From: Tubulanus polymorphus
Taxonomy: Eukaryota > Animalia > Nemertea
Length of the DNA stretch: 64,000 bases
Assembly (NCBI RefSeq): GCF_964204645.1
Contig: NC_134035.1
Coordinates: forward strand, 9,394,451 to 9,458,450
Direction: 5' to 3'
Shown here one piece after another: positions 38,457 to 51,108 of this stretch (its first letter is position 1; each line of letters opens with the position of its first letter). The notes beneath the pieces were generated by a model. It saw only the letters and a list, made by a program, of their open reading frames with translations. It did no database searches and was not told where the DNA came from. Position numbers and translations under genes: made by a program.

Positions 38457-38800
38457 TTAGTAGCTCGAAGATGCGTAGGGCCGGACCCCAAAAATGGTAC
38501 CTAGAGTGAAGAAGAGGTCCCCCATAAATGTTGCCATAATTTCTGCAAATTGGATAGGTAACGAAATTCGGTTATGTATGAAATCCATTGATCCTGAGAG
38601 ACAGATTGATGATGAAATAAGGAATTCCCTGGACTTTCCCTTTTCCTTTTTTGCTTGGAGTAAGGGTACTAAACACGGTGGGGATTCCCTTAGATAGTGG
38701 GCTCGGATGTACTGGCATACCTGTACTGGGATATGGGTATGTGGGGCGAAAACCACTTCAATGCGTAGCTAAGATGCTGGCTATGAGCCATAAGCAGGAT
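38457..38800 (-). mobile_element. possible decayed DIRS/Ngaro-type reverse-transcriptase relic
   Basis: SGFRPTY...ESPPCLVP..KKEKGKSR...LSGS...IFGVRP loosely follows GFxIGY, SPLGLVPK..K.R, FGxRS; composition differs from flanks. Confidence 0.3.
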
Positions 38801-39793
38801 TTCCCCTAAATTTACGCGCTTATATATGAACTAAACTCTCGAATTGCTTGTTTTTACTATAGGATATAGAAGAATTTGGAATAGTGGTCTGAGCTCGAAT
38901 GCCAGACTACCCATAGGATAACTGGATTATCGGCTGCCCATTATCATAGTGGAAGAGTCTCAGAGATATTTAGAAAATGGATTCGGGGCAACGAGAACAA
39001 ACGAAAATATTTGACGCTCGAATCATTCGTAGCTACCTCACGTGAAGTCGGTCATGTGTTGGATGGTATTGGTAATCGTCGTTTCGTTCAGCGCGGAGAT
39101 GCGTGCGTAATGAAAGATACGTTATCACGGTCGGGCCACATCCCTCCTGAATAATAATACTTCCCCGAGTTACAGTTCCACGAAGTAAGTCAAGGAAAGG
39201 GCTTTCGGATTGTCCAGGGAATCGACTTATTATTGCTATTCGATACGCGGAGCGCTAATCCTACTATGTAAACAACAGTTCTTTCTGATTATAGCCGCAA
39301 CGAAAATTGTCTTTGAAATGCTTTAAGGAATATGACTGTTTACAGTAAAAAGTCTTTGGGTCGGTGATGTTTAATGATATGATATGCCATGATTTAATAT
39401 TTCGCTATTAAGTAATTCTAACAATATATGTGTGCGAATGAGTAAGTGAAATTGAATTTTAAGGCATCGATGCTCTATGTAGCGCTGTGGCTTACGATGC
39501 ATTACTTCACTTCAGCAGCTAGTAATAACTCTTGAAGCCGAGGCAACAGATGCGAGGTATGTTGATTACCGAACGACTGTAAGACAATACGGCCGACGAG
39601 CGGCACTGATCCGCACAGTTGCTGACCTCCAAAACCTTTCGAAAATCTCCCAGGTACGATTATATAGATTGCAGACATTTAATATTGATATTTTGTGAGC
39701 TATAACGAAAAAGAATGCGTTTTTGCAACTTTCCAAAATCTGTAATCGACGTTTACACCCTAATAGTCATTTCGGGAAAAACGGTAGCAGTCT

Positions 39794-39895
39794 TTTCCTG
39801 AAGATGACTATCAGGTTAAAGTCGAAACATTGAAATAAACTACTAGCTCACGGAAACCTTACGGACGTGTTTTCTATTTGTATCGTTGGATTTTG
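39794..39895 (+). mobile_element. Penelope-like family A relic with near-intact minimal hammerhead (39794-39835)
   Basis: TTTC-CTGAAGA-T-GACT-loop-AGTC-GAAA-CA-TT^GAAA; a CG>CA change breaks the stem III palindrome. Confidence 0.7.
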
Positions 39896-40603
39896 CCGAG
39901 CTAAATATGGGGGGCCGTTGTTTGGAATTGGGTGATATTAATCATGATTTTCATTTTCTTGTTTAATAACCTGTCGTCCGAGCCTCATTGCTAGGTGAAC
40001 ATTATTAGGCCACATGTTTAGATCGAAAATTCCCTTCGTGTTCTGATACAGCAGACACATCGGAATGTGTCATCTGCGGCATGCTTTACCGAATCCACCG
40101 GAGATCGTCTTATCGCGAGAGCTAATTATCTGGAAACACCGACACCAACACGCGACGACAGTCAGTGGTCAAATGAACTCTTAGTGTTCGGCGTCGTGGC
40201 TGAAAATTATCCCGTTAATTAGCACGATAACTATCAACAAACCGAATAAAGTCACGACTGGACAATCAGCTCATTAACGACACAGTGGTCACCGTCCAAG
40301 AAACGGCGAGGTTGCTTTTATAGGGACTCAGCCTCGCGTGTTTGTACGAATGCAGAGATTTCTCATGATTTATATTGCGACATGGTCTAGATTAAGAAAG
40401 GAAACAGTTTTGAGAAATCCCCAGGATCTAGCTATAAGATTTCAGGGCAATGCCTGTATTGAAGTAAATTAATGCACATTATTTCATTAACAATAAAACA
40501 TGAAAAGATGATGCTGAAATTTTAAAAGAGTCCTTTATACCGTTGCCCTATACTCTGAAAGTAACCAAATAAAGAGTTCATAGACGATTCACATATAACT
40601 TAC

Positions 40604-40725
40604 CTTTCCAATTTATGCATATGGGCAACCTTTTGATTGATCGGTGGTGTATCCGTTGAATTGCGCATCGGAGGCACCTGATCTCCCTTTAATTGTTTTT
40701 GAAGCGCGGCCAAATCGAGAGGCAT
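40604..40725 (-). CDS. candidate alternative first coding exon (MPLDLAALQKQLKGDQVPPMRNSTDTPPINQKVAHMHKLE+2 nt, phase 2)
   Basis: aaaATG start, in-frame stop upstream, 122 nt open, perfect donor AAG|GTAAGT, protein-like peptide. Confidence 0.58.
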
Positions 40726-42846
40726 TTTTAATGATGTTTGTGATTATTCCCGTTCTTATAAAATCTAGAATCTCAGACGGCTCTCTCACGACGCTCAGAG
40801 TATCGATCGAGACTCAATTTTCTTCTATCTATATCGGCGTGTATTCCTTATTGTCCGTACAGATGATGGTACTACGAAACATTATTGTGTACAAGTAGGT
40901 TCATCGGAAATTTACTTTTACCGTAGCTTCTATCAATGCTGGCGTGAACGTTCTTTCGCGTTGAACATAGGAACTGTTTTAGCGCTGCTGGATGGCGCGA
41001 TACTATTTTGTGTGTAGAACAGCGCGGCCACAAAGACTGTTGATGAAGTCAGTTCCCGCGACAGGTCGGGGGTCTCGATCCGGGCGACGATCTTTGCGAT
41101 GATAATATACGTCCGCCCTTCTATATATTATATCCGAAACGAATCGATCGCCATCGAAAATCGTTAATGTTGCTGCAAAACATGAAAACGGAGCCGGCAG
41201 TTCATCGAATTTTTGTCGACTCGGCTTGCGAAACGAGTTGTTCGTCTCTTGTCAACGGACAATATGAAGTATTTCGCCGACAGCTAAGATCGATCATCGA
41301 TGGGCGTTGAATACATATAAAGACCTATCAGATCACTGACGTTTAAAGTCAACGGTTCATTTCGTACGTTGCTTTAAATGAGAAATCAATTCCTATATCC
41401 AGGGTCCCGACCAGTGAAAGAGAGAGAGAGAGAGCAGATTTATAGTCGTTTTACGTAATTGTACCAAAATCCCTACACTATACTATTATCGTATCCTCGG
41501 AGACTGGTCCAGAGCTTCAAACTATAACATCCGCGCGGCTACTTTCCTAATGTCATTCTGCACTTCCACTAATGTAGAAATGAATATCGCGCCATCGCAA
41601 CGCACGATAGTCACACGTAGAGGATTTGTCGTTGACCTCTGCGAAACCGAACGGATCAGCTGCCGAATCAAATCGTAATCGACCTCTCGTTGTATTTGCG
41701 CGCATTCGATTCGTTCGTTCCTCCTTGCCGCATCCGACGTTGATAATCGTCCGTTTCTTCAAAAAAGACATATCGTGTAAACGACGCAGTTGCTTCGAAT
41801 CGATCGACCGATATCTTATTATCTTATATATCGTTCATTCGATCTGATTTATTAAAATTAAAATCAATCGTATTCAAATTCAACGTTCAAGAAAACCGGC
41901 AGATGTTTCTAAAGCGCTTGTAGCGTTAAGCGGCGTTTAAAAATGGATTCGACCTTTCTCAAAACGAGAAGGCGGCGAAAGATTCTTCAAATACGCGCCT
42001 TAATATTAATTGAATGTAAACTGATAAAGTAAAAACGATTATGAATTTCATCGAAAATAAACACGAAATATTCTACGCATTTTTATTAGTATAAAAAAAT
42101 GAATTATGCATCGATTTGTCAGATGTGTTCTTATTGGTCAGTTCGTCGAATACCCTCCCATCTAATGAGTCAAACTGGGATATAGTCCTCCATTCTTAAG
42201 AAACTGGGCACAACTTAAATTTCCCTGGAACTAAATTAATTTTCCTATTAACAATCTCTCAAAAAGACATATAGTTGAATCCGCTTCGATTTGTCAGTCT
42301 CAACAGTCCTCATAACAAACTTTTCAAAATACGTCAGTACTCTATTCCCAATAACCTAACTTTTGTGCAGTAATTCGCGTCTTTCATATATTCATATATT
42401 GTATATTCTATGTTTCTTCCTTATGTTCTCTTAATCTAATTGGAAAAATAATCCTAATTAAGCCTTTACGCATTTGTTATGCATTAAGAATATCCATTGT
42501 TCAAAGCCGCGTCTCGAGAAGTTATTTATGTCGAATATTAAGAGTTACGACACGACAACGCCGCGAAAAACCTAACACATTTTTACACACACAATAAACC
42601 GTAAGACTTATTTCAGCCGAGTCGTTATTTTGATATATCGTTTTACCTATTCATTCGATGGCCAAACGATGCGTGCGCGTCTGGCGAATATTGGTCGGAA
42701 CTTTCCCTCTATAAAATGATTCTCGATGGTGGAAATTTCCTGATTTATCGCGATGCGTGTCACGCAAAATGAACATTACGCGTTGTATACGACGTGTGCG
42801 CGTTTATGGACGTATCGCGCACACTTAATGAAACTATCGCCGCGAC

Positions 42847-43322
42847 GAGATTGAGTAACTGACTGCACCCACAAGACGGGACAGAGCTCGTCGTGCTGCA
42901 TGACATGAAGCAATAATTCGTGATGAACTTAACCAGTAATGAGCTTGCTAATCAACTAACACATAATAAACAATGAATCCTACAATTGTCGAATGAAAAC
43001 AAGGTTTATTTAAAAAAAAAAAACCAAGAAATGTTTCGGTTGATTCCTACCAGGTTTCTTCGTGCAGTCTAAAATGATATCTACAATAAAAAACACTGTG
43101 CAAAGTTAGGTTATGTTATGGGGACATAGTTAGGCTCCGTTCAATATGCGCCAGTACTCTAGGCCCCATAACCTAACTATGTGCAGTGATTTGTATCGAG
43201 ATTGAGCAACTGACTGCACCCACAAGACGGAAAAGAACCCGTCGTGTTGCATGACTTAATGCAATAATTCGTGATAAACTTAATCAGGAATAAGCTTCTG
43301 CAAATCAATTATATCATAAACA
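42847..43322. repeat. two diverged ~125-bp direct repeats 350 bp apart
   Basis: CGAGATTGAG(T/C)AACTGACTGCACCCACAAGACGG... at 42847 and 43197. Confidence 0.85.
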
Positions 43323-43629
43323 GGTTTTTTATAATAGTTTTTTAATTATCACTTATGTATATTGTATCATTTAGAATTAGTTTCCTTGAAAATGGAAAAA
43401 AGGATCAAACTTCACGCCGAGTTCCGAAACTGAAAAGACGTGGCTACGTACTTGGCCCTGATTGGCTGGTTGGTTATACGGGCCAAAAGGCGGCGCCATG
43501 AGCTGGACAACCAAACTGCACTAAGAATCGCTTTTATTTTCGGTCGCAAAAATATCGATGAGCGACTTCGCACATATTTTATTGTTTTCAGTAAATCTTT
43601 TGCAAGTATCCTACTTCAACAAATCCACT

Positions 43630-43856
43630 GATAAATCCGATGTTTGTTTATGAGATAGAAAAGCACGCGAGAATTTCGCTGGACGGAGAAAATATCAATC
43701 TTTTTCATAGATCATCTAGAGTATTTTACTTGAAAATGGAAGAGGGGTGGACATGAAACATTTCTCACGCACCCTACTCTATTCGTCAAGCACGGATAAA
43801 TCCGATGTTTGTTTATGAGATAGAAAAGGAGACGAGAATTTCGCTAGACGCGGAAA
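43630..43856. repeat. ~60-bp direct duplication
   Basis: GATAAATCCGATGTTTGTTTATGAGATAGAAAAG at 43630 and 43795. Confidence 0.85.
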
Positions 43857-44519
43857 TGTAAGGAATGAGGATTAAGAATGCGTTTGCGGACATCACGTCG
43901 CTGCGCACTTGACTCGATGTATTTCACAGGGATGAAGTGGCCGGGAAAGACTGTAATATGCGTCAGAAATCACGTACGCGACGACGACAAAATCCGGCCG
44001 GACAATTTATCTTCATTGCTGGTAACAACACGTCATTCAACAACGAGAGGACGAGAAAGCAAGGTCGCGTGCGGATAGATACTAGGAAGATTGTTTATGC
44101 GCTTATATCTCATAGCGATCATAGCTTCCCTTCTTAGTACGAACAGTAATCTTAAGCCCGTGCCAGACATATGCGAGGCGATTTTCGCCGAATTTCGCCG
44201 AGGGAGGTGATGTTTTTAGTCGGGGAATCGACTAGCAAGAATAAATTAAAAGTTGGTGGTGACAGAGTTTCTTGGTCGAAAGTTCTTCTCTGGTGCCTCC
44301 CCCGTTGGAAAAAAAGAAACATCGAACCCGCTAATAATGCCCTTTGTGACGCTCAGTGGGTTGAGCGAGTTTTAAAAAAAATTATCGGCGATTTCACGCA
44401 CCGAATTCGCCTAATGTGTCAAACACGGTCTCCTCACGTCAACCGTTCCGTGAACGATTCAACGTTATTAGTCTGTCAATTCCAATTATCGATTCCTGAA
44501 ATGGTGGAAATTCACAATC

Positions 44520-44824
44520 GGAGCGAGTGGCGTGGGTGAGTGTTCGAGCATTCGGTCGTGGGTTCGAACCCTGTACATTACAGTCGTGTCCCACTTATCT
44601 CCATTGCCTCTCTCCACCCAGGATAAAAATGGGTGCCTACTCAGATAGATGACTCCTGAGTGCCTAGCAGCTGTTCGGATGTTTCTTCTCCCCGGGTAGA
44701 GATGACTGATAAATGGTTTGAGTTATAGGCTGGAGGTAATGATACCGATATAAAGGAAAGCGCCGTTGAACATTGTATCACAGTGAAAAAAGGGCGCTAT
44801 AGAAGTGAAAATTACTATTACTAT
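44520..44824 (+). mobile_element. tRNA-derived SINE with Deu/Nin-type central domain and L2-like tail
   Basis: B box GGTTCGAACC (44561-44570); CTCTCTCCACCCAGGATAAAAATGGGTGCC core; AAAGCGCC...GGGCGCTATAGAA stem followed by an ATTACT-type tail. Confidence 0.75.
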
Positions 44825-46280
44825 GAATAACTGTTACTAAAAATCACTATCACAATCTATGCGTGAAGAAATAAGATGTTCTTGTTCAGTAAAGCTTCGT
44901 CATTTTGAGCTAATGATTCGTAGTCGTCGTGATCGGAATATTTGCGAGTAATGAGAGCTATTATTATTGTTACGATGGAGATATTTGAGATGAACGGTTC
45001 GGTCATAATTGCCGATCATTAAGGATGTAATGATTATACTCGTTACGCGGTCGGTTATGATTAACTTTGTGCCTGTAACCACGTTCGATTCGTACGAATT
45101 GCGCCTGCGAAATTACCAATGACAATTGCCACCAATTGGCTTAATTTGTACAGAATCGGCGAGGTGAAATAAAGGTAACGTCTCCGATACCTTCCTTCCT
45201 CGCTGCCACGCCTTGAAACGCGGTAGACTCGGGTAACCAATTGCGGCCACGCGGAGACGCCCATCGAAATGGCTCGCCGGATTTTCGGTAAGCCGGGCTT
45301 GTTTGACAGCTAGAAGCGCCGACAATGCGATGCCCCGACGAACGGCAAACAAAAACCCGATAAACGGAGAGCCCGTCCTTTCCATTAATACCTGTTGAGA
45401 TAATGGACCACAGCAAAGATCTATGTCCACCAGCCATCTAGGTGACAAGGTTAATTTCGTCGCCGACAGGGACGTATGATTCGCTAAGCAAACACCGACA
45501 GAAACACTTAACTTATTTGACGCGTTACTGCAGCTGACTCTTGTTAATCTTTTTTCCCAGATGATGAAATTATCGCCGCCCGATGGCGAATTTCTTTTAC
45601 GCGGTGAAAATGCTATGATTTAATGGCCAATTTGCGTAATGGATAGTTGAGAACGCGTATATTTCATAAGCGAGGTCAATAGGGACGGGCGAGACGTTAT
45701 GTCTCGATATTTGTAATCGTCTTAGAAATTCACCAAAATCGAAAAAAATTACGTTTCATCGTCTCTGTTTTTCGTATGTTAGGAAAACTTCGATCGAAAT
45801 GACAGAGGTTTTGCATAGAAGAGATTTGTATCACATTTCGTGTATTTCCCCAGTTGGTGATCGGTCTTCTTTACCGTATGAGCTGTTATTGAACTCATTA
45901 CGCGTATATCCAAATAACAGAATATTGCGTGTTCAACTGGGACCCGGTGTTTATTCGTGCTATCCCGTCTGCGAGCAGGTCGAGAGACTAAGCAACTTAG
46001 CTGTATCGACCGTGTACACAATATCCCTTCAACTTCCCCAAAACCGGGGTAAAATCTGACGATAGTTCTGAGCGGAGATGCGAAGACGTTAAGGTTCGTG
46101 CGATGTCGGAACCAGCCTTCTTCGGTACAAATAATGATGATAGTCGCTTAGCGCAGTTTTCCACGTCAAACAAAGTTCAAATGCGTACCTCCGGATAAAC
46201 GGTTGAAATGAGAACAGTTTGGCCGTAAAAACTGTTACAATAAAATCTACATACATTGATGCGAGTAGATACGTTAATGA

Positions 46281-46510
46281 GGGGTTCCATGTGAGTCGAT
46301 GTGCACTACGTCATCAATATTGGCGTTTAAAAATGAAAAATGTGCACTACGTCAATATGTCGGAACTAGACTGGTTGCCGGTCAATTCAATTCAATCATC
46401 GATATATTCAAATCCAATATAACTTTATTGATCCTTGATATTATATAATTATATAACATGTTATCTATTGTCGACGATATTTAGCAATATATACGCATTA
46501 TTTTTAAATG
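46281..46510 (+). mobile_element. second copy of the 9500-9809 repeat
   Basis: Inverted similarity to 9500-9809. Confidence 0.6.
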
Positions 46511-47924
46511 AACTTTCACTAACTTTGTTATCTTGTTATGAAAGTTTTGAACTGAGTAAGACAGTAAACACAGTTTGCGAGTCAATGTAGTTTCAACAAA
46601 GTCTTCCGTAACTTCATTTGTACTATATTCTGTAAAACGTTGCGAGTGGGAATTCCATCTTCTTTTTTCATTGTCAGTTTCCAGTTTCAAGAATGAGTTG
46701 AACTCAATATTTTGGTTGAATTGGTATCGGTCACTTTAAATGCGGGCAACGGGTTCAAACATAACGTGCTTTTTAAGCTTGAACTTTACATAAAACTGAA
46801 CCATGGTCCTCTTTTTCTATATGAACACTTAAGTTTGGGTCTAATGTCGATTTCTTTGTCAATTAAGTTTTATTGTTATTGATTTGTTTTGTAAATACAG
46901 AATCTCCGATTGGAGGCGCCACCAGTAATTTGGACAAGTTTAGCAGAAACTACAACTGAATCAACAGTCAGTTCAATTTGCATCTGGGTTTCTTCACAAT
47001 AATAACAGGTCAAGGTGGTGTTATTGTATAAATCATAATACGATCGTCGGTTCTAACATATTTATATAAATAATCCTCGGCGCTGGTGGGGTTAGTTCGC
47101 CCTGTTTCTGACAAGAATTAATCCACAAGTAACCAGCGCCGGAACACGAGAGCAGTAATTGATTATCCTTGCTGTTTACTCAACGTCGAGAGATATTCAC
47201 CCGGTGCAAAAAGATTTAGCCGTGTCATTGCGGAAAAGTGTAATAAATCAGTAAACGAGTGCTCGATACATTTGCCTAATTCAGATGAGAGCACGTCTTG
47301 CCTGTAGTGAAACTACTTAACGCGCGGCTTAATTTCGCTGTTAACTTATTCAATGATGTAAATTCGTCGCCCCTCGGCTGAGATTCGAACCGCCAGTGGC
47401 TGTCGTATTCTGATGACACGAACGGCTGTGTAACCGCTCTTCAAGCATTTCAACTTTACGATGTCATCACATTCGAATAATTCTTTCCGAGGCGGGTCGT
47501 AAAATTATCTACTTTGCACGAGATAAACAATTTTGTCGACACTTCAGAATGAAAACCTGAAAACGACGACCTCACCACCCGCCTTTGTCTAGCGGCAAAC
47601 ACCGACGAATCTTTATACTCCGGAAAGTAGTTTGATATTCGATGCTCTTACATGTAATCCGGTCAGTAAGTTACATGTATGTTGTGGTAAGCTTTCGGAT
47701 AAGCACCGACCAGACAGACAACGTCGGTATTAGGCGTCACTTTTAGACGATTGGGGATGAAAACATCGAGACAAAGAAACCATTAAACACCACAGGTGCG
47801 TCGTGAATAACCAAATAAGGACGTTCGACAATTTTTTGTACGTTATACCATATAACTTTTAGCGAAAAGGAAGGCATACTCCGTGACGTCACTATACATT
47901 TGCATTTGCTGTCTTTGAAATTTA

Positions 47925-48127
47925 TCAGCGCCCTCACCGGTGGCGATAAACAATAGGTTCTCGGAAATATTTTCGATTATATTAATCTCTGCGAGCATTG
48001 AAAATAATCGTTTTTCAAGATTTGGTATTGAGACTGAAACAAATTAATGAAAAACGCCGAATTAAGAATAGAGACCGGCAACCAGTCTACAACATCTATT
48101 GTTTATCGCCATCGGTGAGGGCGCTGA
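47925..48127. mobile_element. MITE-like element with 32-bp TIRs
   Basis: TCAGCGCCCTCACCGGTGGCGATAAACAATAG / CTATTGTTTATCGCCATCGGTGAGGGCGCTGA; no TSD seen. Confidence 0.7.
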
Positions 48128-49361
48128 ACAAAACACAAGATTACTAGTGGTGCCTGGCGGATTTTTGAGGAGTCGGCCTTCCCGTTCGCTTATAGTTCTA
48201 TGGTTATACTAGTTTATCATAGGCCTTATCCACAATCGACCATGACTCCGGCCGAAGCGAGGCTGCCACTGCAAACAATAAAATGGCGTATTGTATAACG
48301 TGCCTCGCTGTTACAATGATTCGTGCTGTCAAACAGAACTCAAAACTTCGTTCCGTCGATTTCTATCAGAAAGTAACCAAGGAATAGATATTTGTAAAAT
48401 GGCACAATGTAGGCAAAGTGAAGGCTATTCACTCCCGATTGGACTAATAGAGAGCCCATTGCTTGCCACGGACTGTATAACCCACGGAATCAAAATCGAA
48501 TCTTTGGACATCCGTGCTGTATCGTTTTTCGGTGCAGATGTTTTGATTAATCGTGAAGTTATTGCTTAACGCTCCGCACATTCGCCTAGTGTATAAACAT
48601 TTCGATAGCGTTCTCATTCGGCGTCACGAAATATCGCTATCCGTCATAATCTACGAATCCTGACTTTTTCCGTTCATTCATCTTCGCGTTTTTCTTAAAG
48701 TAAACACGGAAGGAGATCTGATACTGGGCAGTCCCTCGACACCGTTTCGTCGATAATCGCCGAACTCAACGGTTCGTATAGTGAAGCTTCCTCTGATATC
48801 AAGCGTATCAATGCCATCCTTGTCTTCAGTCGCCGATATCTCTCGGCTAGATGCGAAATGCCAACGGATACAGGTTTGCGATGTTCCTTTAGAACCGCGT
48901 ATAAAGATTGATCGCGGTCGGCTTTCGTGACGAGGACAATAAAAAGATGGCCGTCGAGTTGCTATTGGCTTGTGTAGTTTATGCACCGGGTCCGTATCGG
49001 TTGTAACGTCGCTTGTATCATTGATTTATGTAAGAAAAGAACTAGCGCGAACGGAATCCGAACTATTCATTGTCAATGAACTGATTTAAGTGCGAGACGA
49101 AGGATTTATCGGGTTTACTGCCAGGTACATGAACACGTCTCTTGTGTCCTGCTGGTGTTTGAATACGGCTAATCAATCAGGATCTTAAATGTTTCCGCGG
49201 ATAGGAATCTATTAAAGCTAAGTTGCTAGTTTTTTTGTGAGCGTTTGATCACCGACTTGCCTAACCTGGCATTATAATCGAATCAGGAAATGTAGAAACG
49301 ATACAGATGTAGTCAATCGGATTAGGGAACCGGTGATTTCGTTACGCTCGCATGTTTGAAT

Positions 49362-49744
49362 TATCCTCCCTCCGAAGGGATTCGAACCCGATGGCATCGC
49401 TAGAATCAGCCACGGTACGAAACCCTTCCACAGACCGAGTGCGCAGATAGATGCGCAGGTTAACCGCGCTAAACTAATCAGATTGCCCGTTTTAAGATCG
49501 CTGAGGCAAATCTCACGGAATAACCAACGCTAAAATGAAACAGAATTCCTGATTGGCTAATAATTACATCATCTCCGATGCGCATGTAGCTGCGCACTCG
49601 TCTTGTGTTACATAGACTGGTTGCCGGTCTGACTGCGAATGCAGGTGGCACAGAATTGGACAGGCGACCAGTCTAAGTGTTGCAGGGTTTCGCACCGTGG
49701 CGTGTCGCGATGTAATCAGGTTCGAATCCCTGCCGGGGCGGATG
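49362..49744. mobile_element. MITE with long tRNA/B-box-like TIRs (P- or hAT-like)
   Basis: About 90-bp inverted arms; 8-bp TSD GTTTGAAT / GTTTGAAG. Confidence 0.8.
49613..49675. mobile_element. 63-bp nested micro-element (AcademH-like ends)
   Basis: TIR TAGACTGGTTGCCGGTC / GACAGGCGACCAGTCTA; 9-bp TSD TGTGTTACA / AGTGTTGCA; absent from other arm copies. Confidence 0.7.
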
Positions 49745-51015
49745 GTTTGAAGAGGATCGAGTTTTTCTATCAGACTCTCCCACCACTTAAATAACGAACA
49801 ACAGCATTACAGTACTTCACCAACGGAACTGTTTTGTTATTTCGTACGGCCGTTTACCCTCGCGGGAATACTCGTGTTTCTTTCTCGACACTGTCTTTTT
49901 TTACGCATGATTGATTGATATGAGATAATACATTACGAAGAAGCGTGCATTTTCCCTCGATTAGGCTTCCAATATGCGCGCATAGCTAAATGATACTGTT
50001 TTTTGCCGATGGCTATTGACCCTGCTAGACGCAATAACCACCTGCTTATCACATCGAGTGCGTACGTAAAGAATCCAACAAGACGGAAGTGGCTTGAGCG
50101 ATATTAACGACACAATATCTCAAATGCGACACAATATCTAATAGATTATGGAACAGGGAAACTGGTCAGTCAGCCAAGCCAGTCAGCCAGCCAGCCAGTA
50201 CCGTAAGCCAGCCACCATGGTCGCCCATCTGGCCTAACTAACCATCAGATAACATCGTATTTGTTTTAAATTATGTATGCAGTAGTTTTTTGATTTTAGA
50301 ATCGGGATTGACCCTGTTATTTATTTGATCGGTAGATTTCGTTCGATTTCTTTTGAGTTGGCGTCCCTTAAAAACCCACCACACCTGCCGGGAGCGAAAC
50401 CGGGGGTTTGATTTCGAAATCGAAGTACGGATAGGGGTTTTTAACTGATTATCTGTTCCCCAGAGTGTGGCTGTTCCTTTTTCCAGGTTGAGAGGGCAAT
50501 TAGGATTCTAGTCAAAACGTTAATACGTCAGTCTCCAATGTCAAGGGAATATGATATATACATGTACAAGTTTTCAAAAGGAACTTGGATATATATCATT
50601 ACATGTACTTTCAACAGAATGGACGCTTTTCTTCGTGTTACAATTTCACGACTGATGAAACCAGACACCTCGGCGCTCCGAGTGCTTCCCTGACATATCG
50701 CACACAGACGGTAGAGATAGGAAGATAGGAAGATTCTGCGACGCCGCTCGTTAGATATTACTTTGTAAATAACAGCGAATCGAATCTTGAAAGACGCATT
50801 GGATTCGCAGAATTACCGATGCGAATAGTGAAAGTCAATAAACTCAATGCCATCCGTGACAGAAACGACAAGACTGGTATTCCACATCAACCCACCTTTA
50901 CAGCGCAAGTCTACGCGAATTTGATTTTACCGCTGACGCGAATTTCATATCGTCGACATCGATATCCTGATTGGAAACGCCTGAAATCAGTAAACAAGTT
51001 TCATCCACAGAGAGC

Positions 51016-51108
51016 GACCTCAGTTGTAGCTCGGTGGTGTATGGCGTCATGCTGTTGCATTTACACTGGGAGTGCTAAGGGACTAGTGGGTTCGAGTCCT
51101 GCTGGCAG
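51016..51108 (+). mobile_element. tRNA-derived SINE head
   Basis: A box TAGCTCGGTGG, B box GGGTTCGAGTCC, similar to the 17094 copy. Confidence 0.65.
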
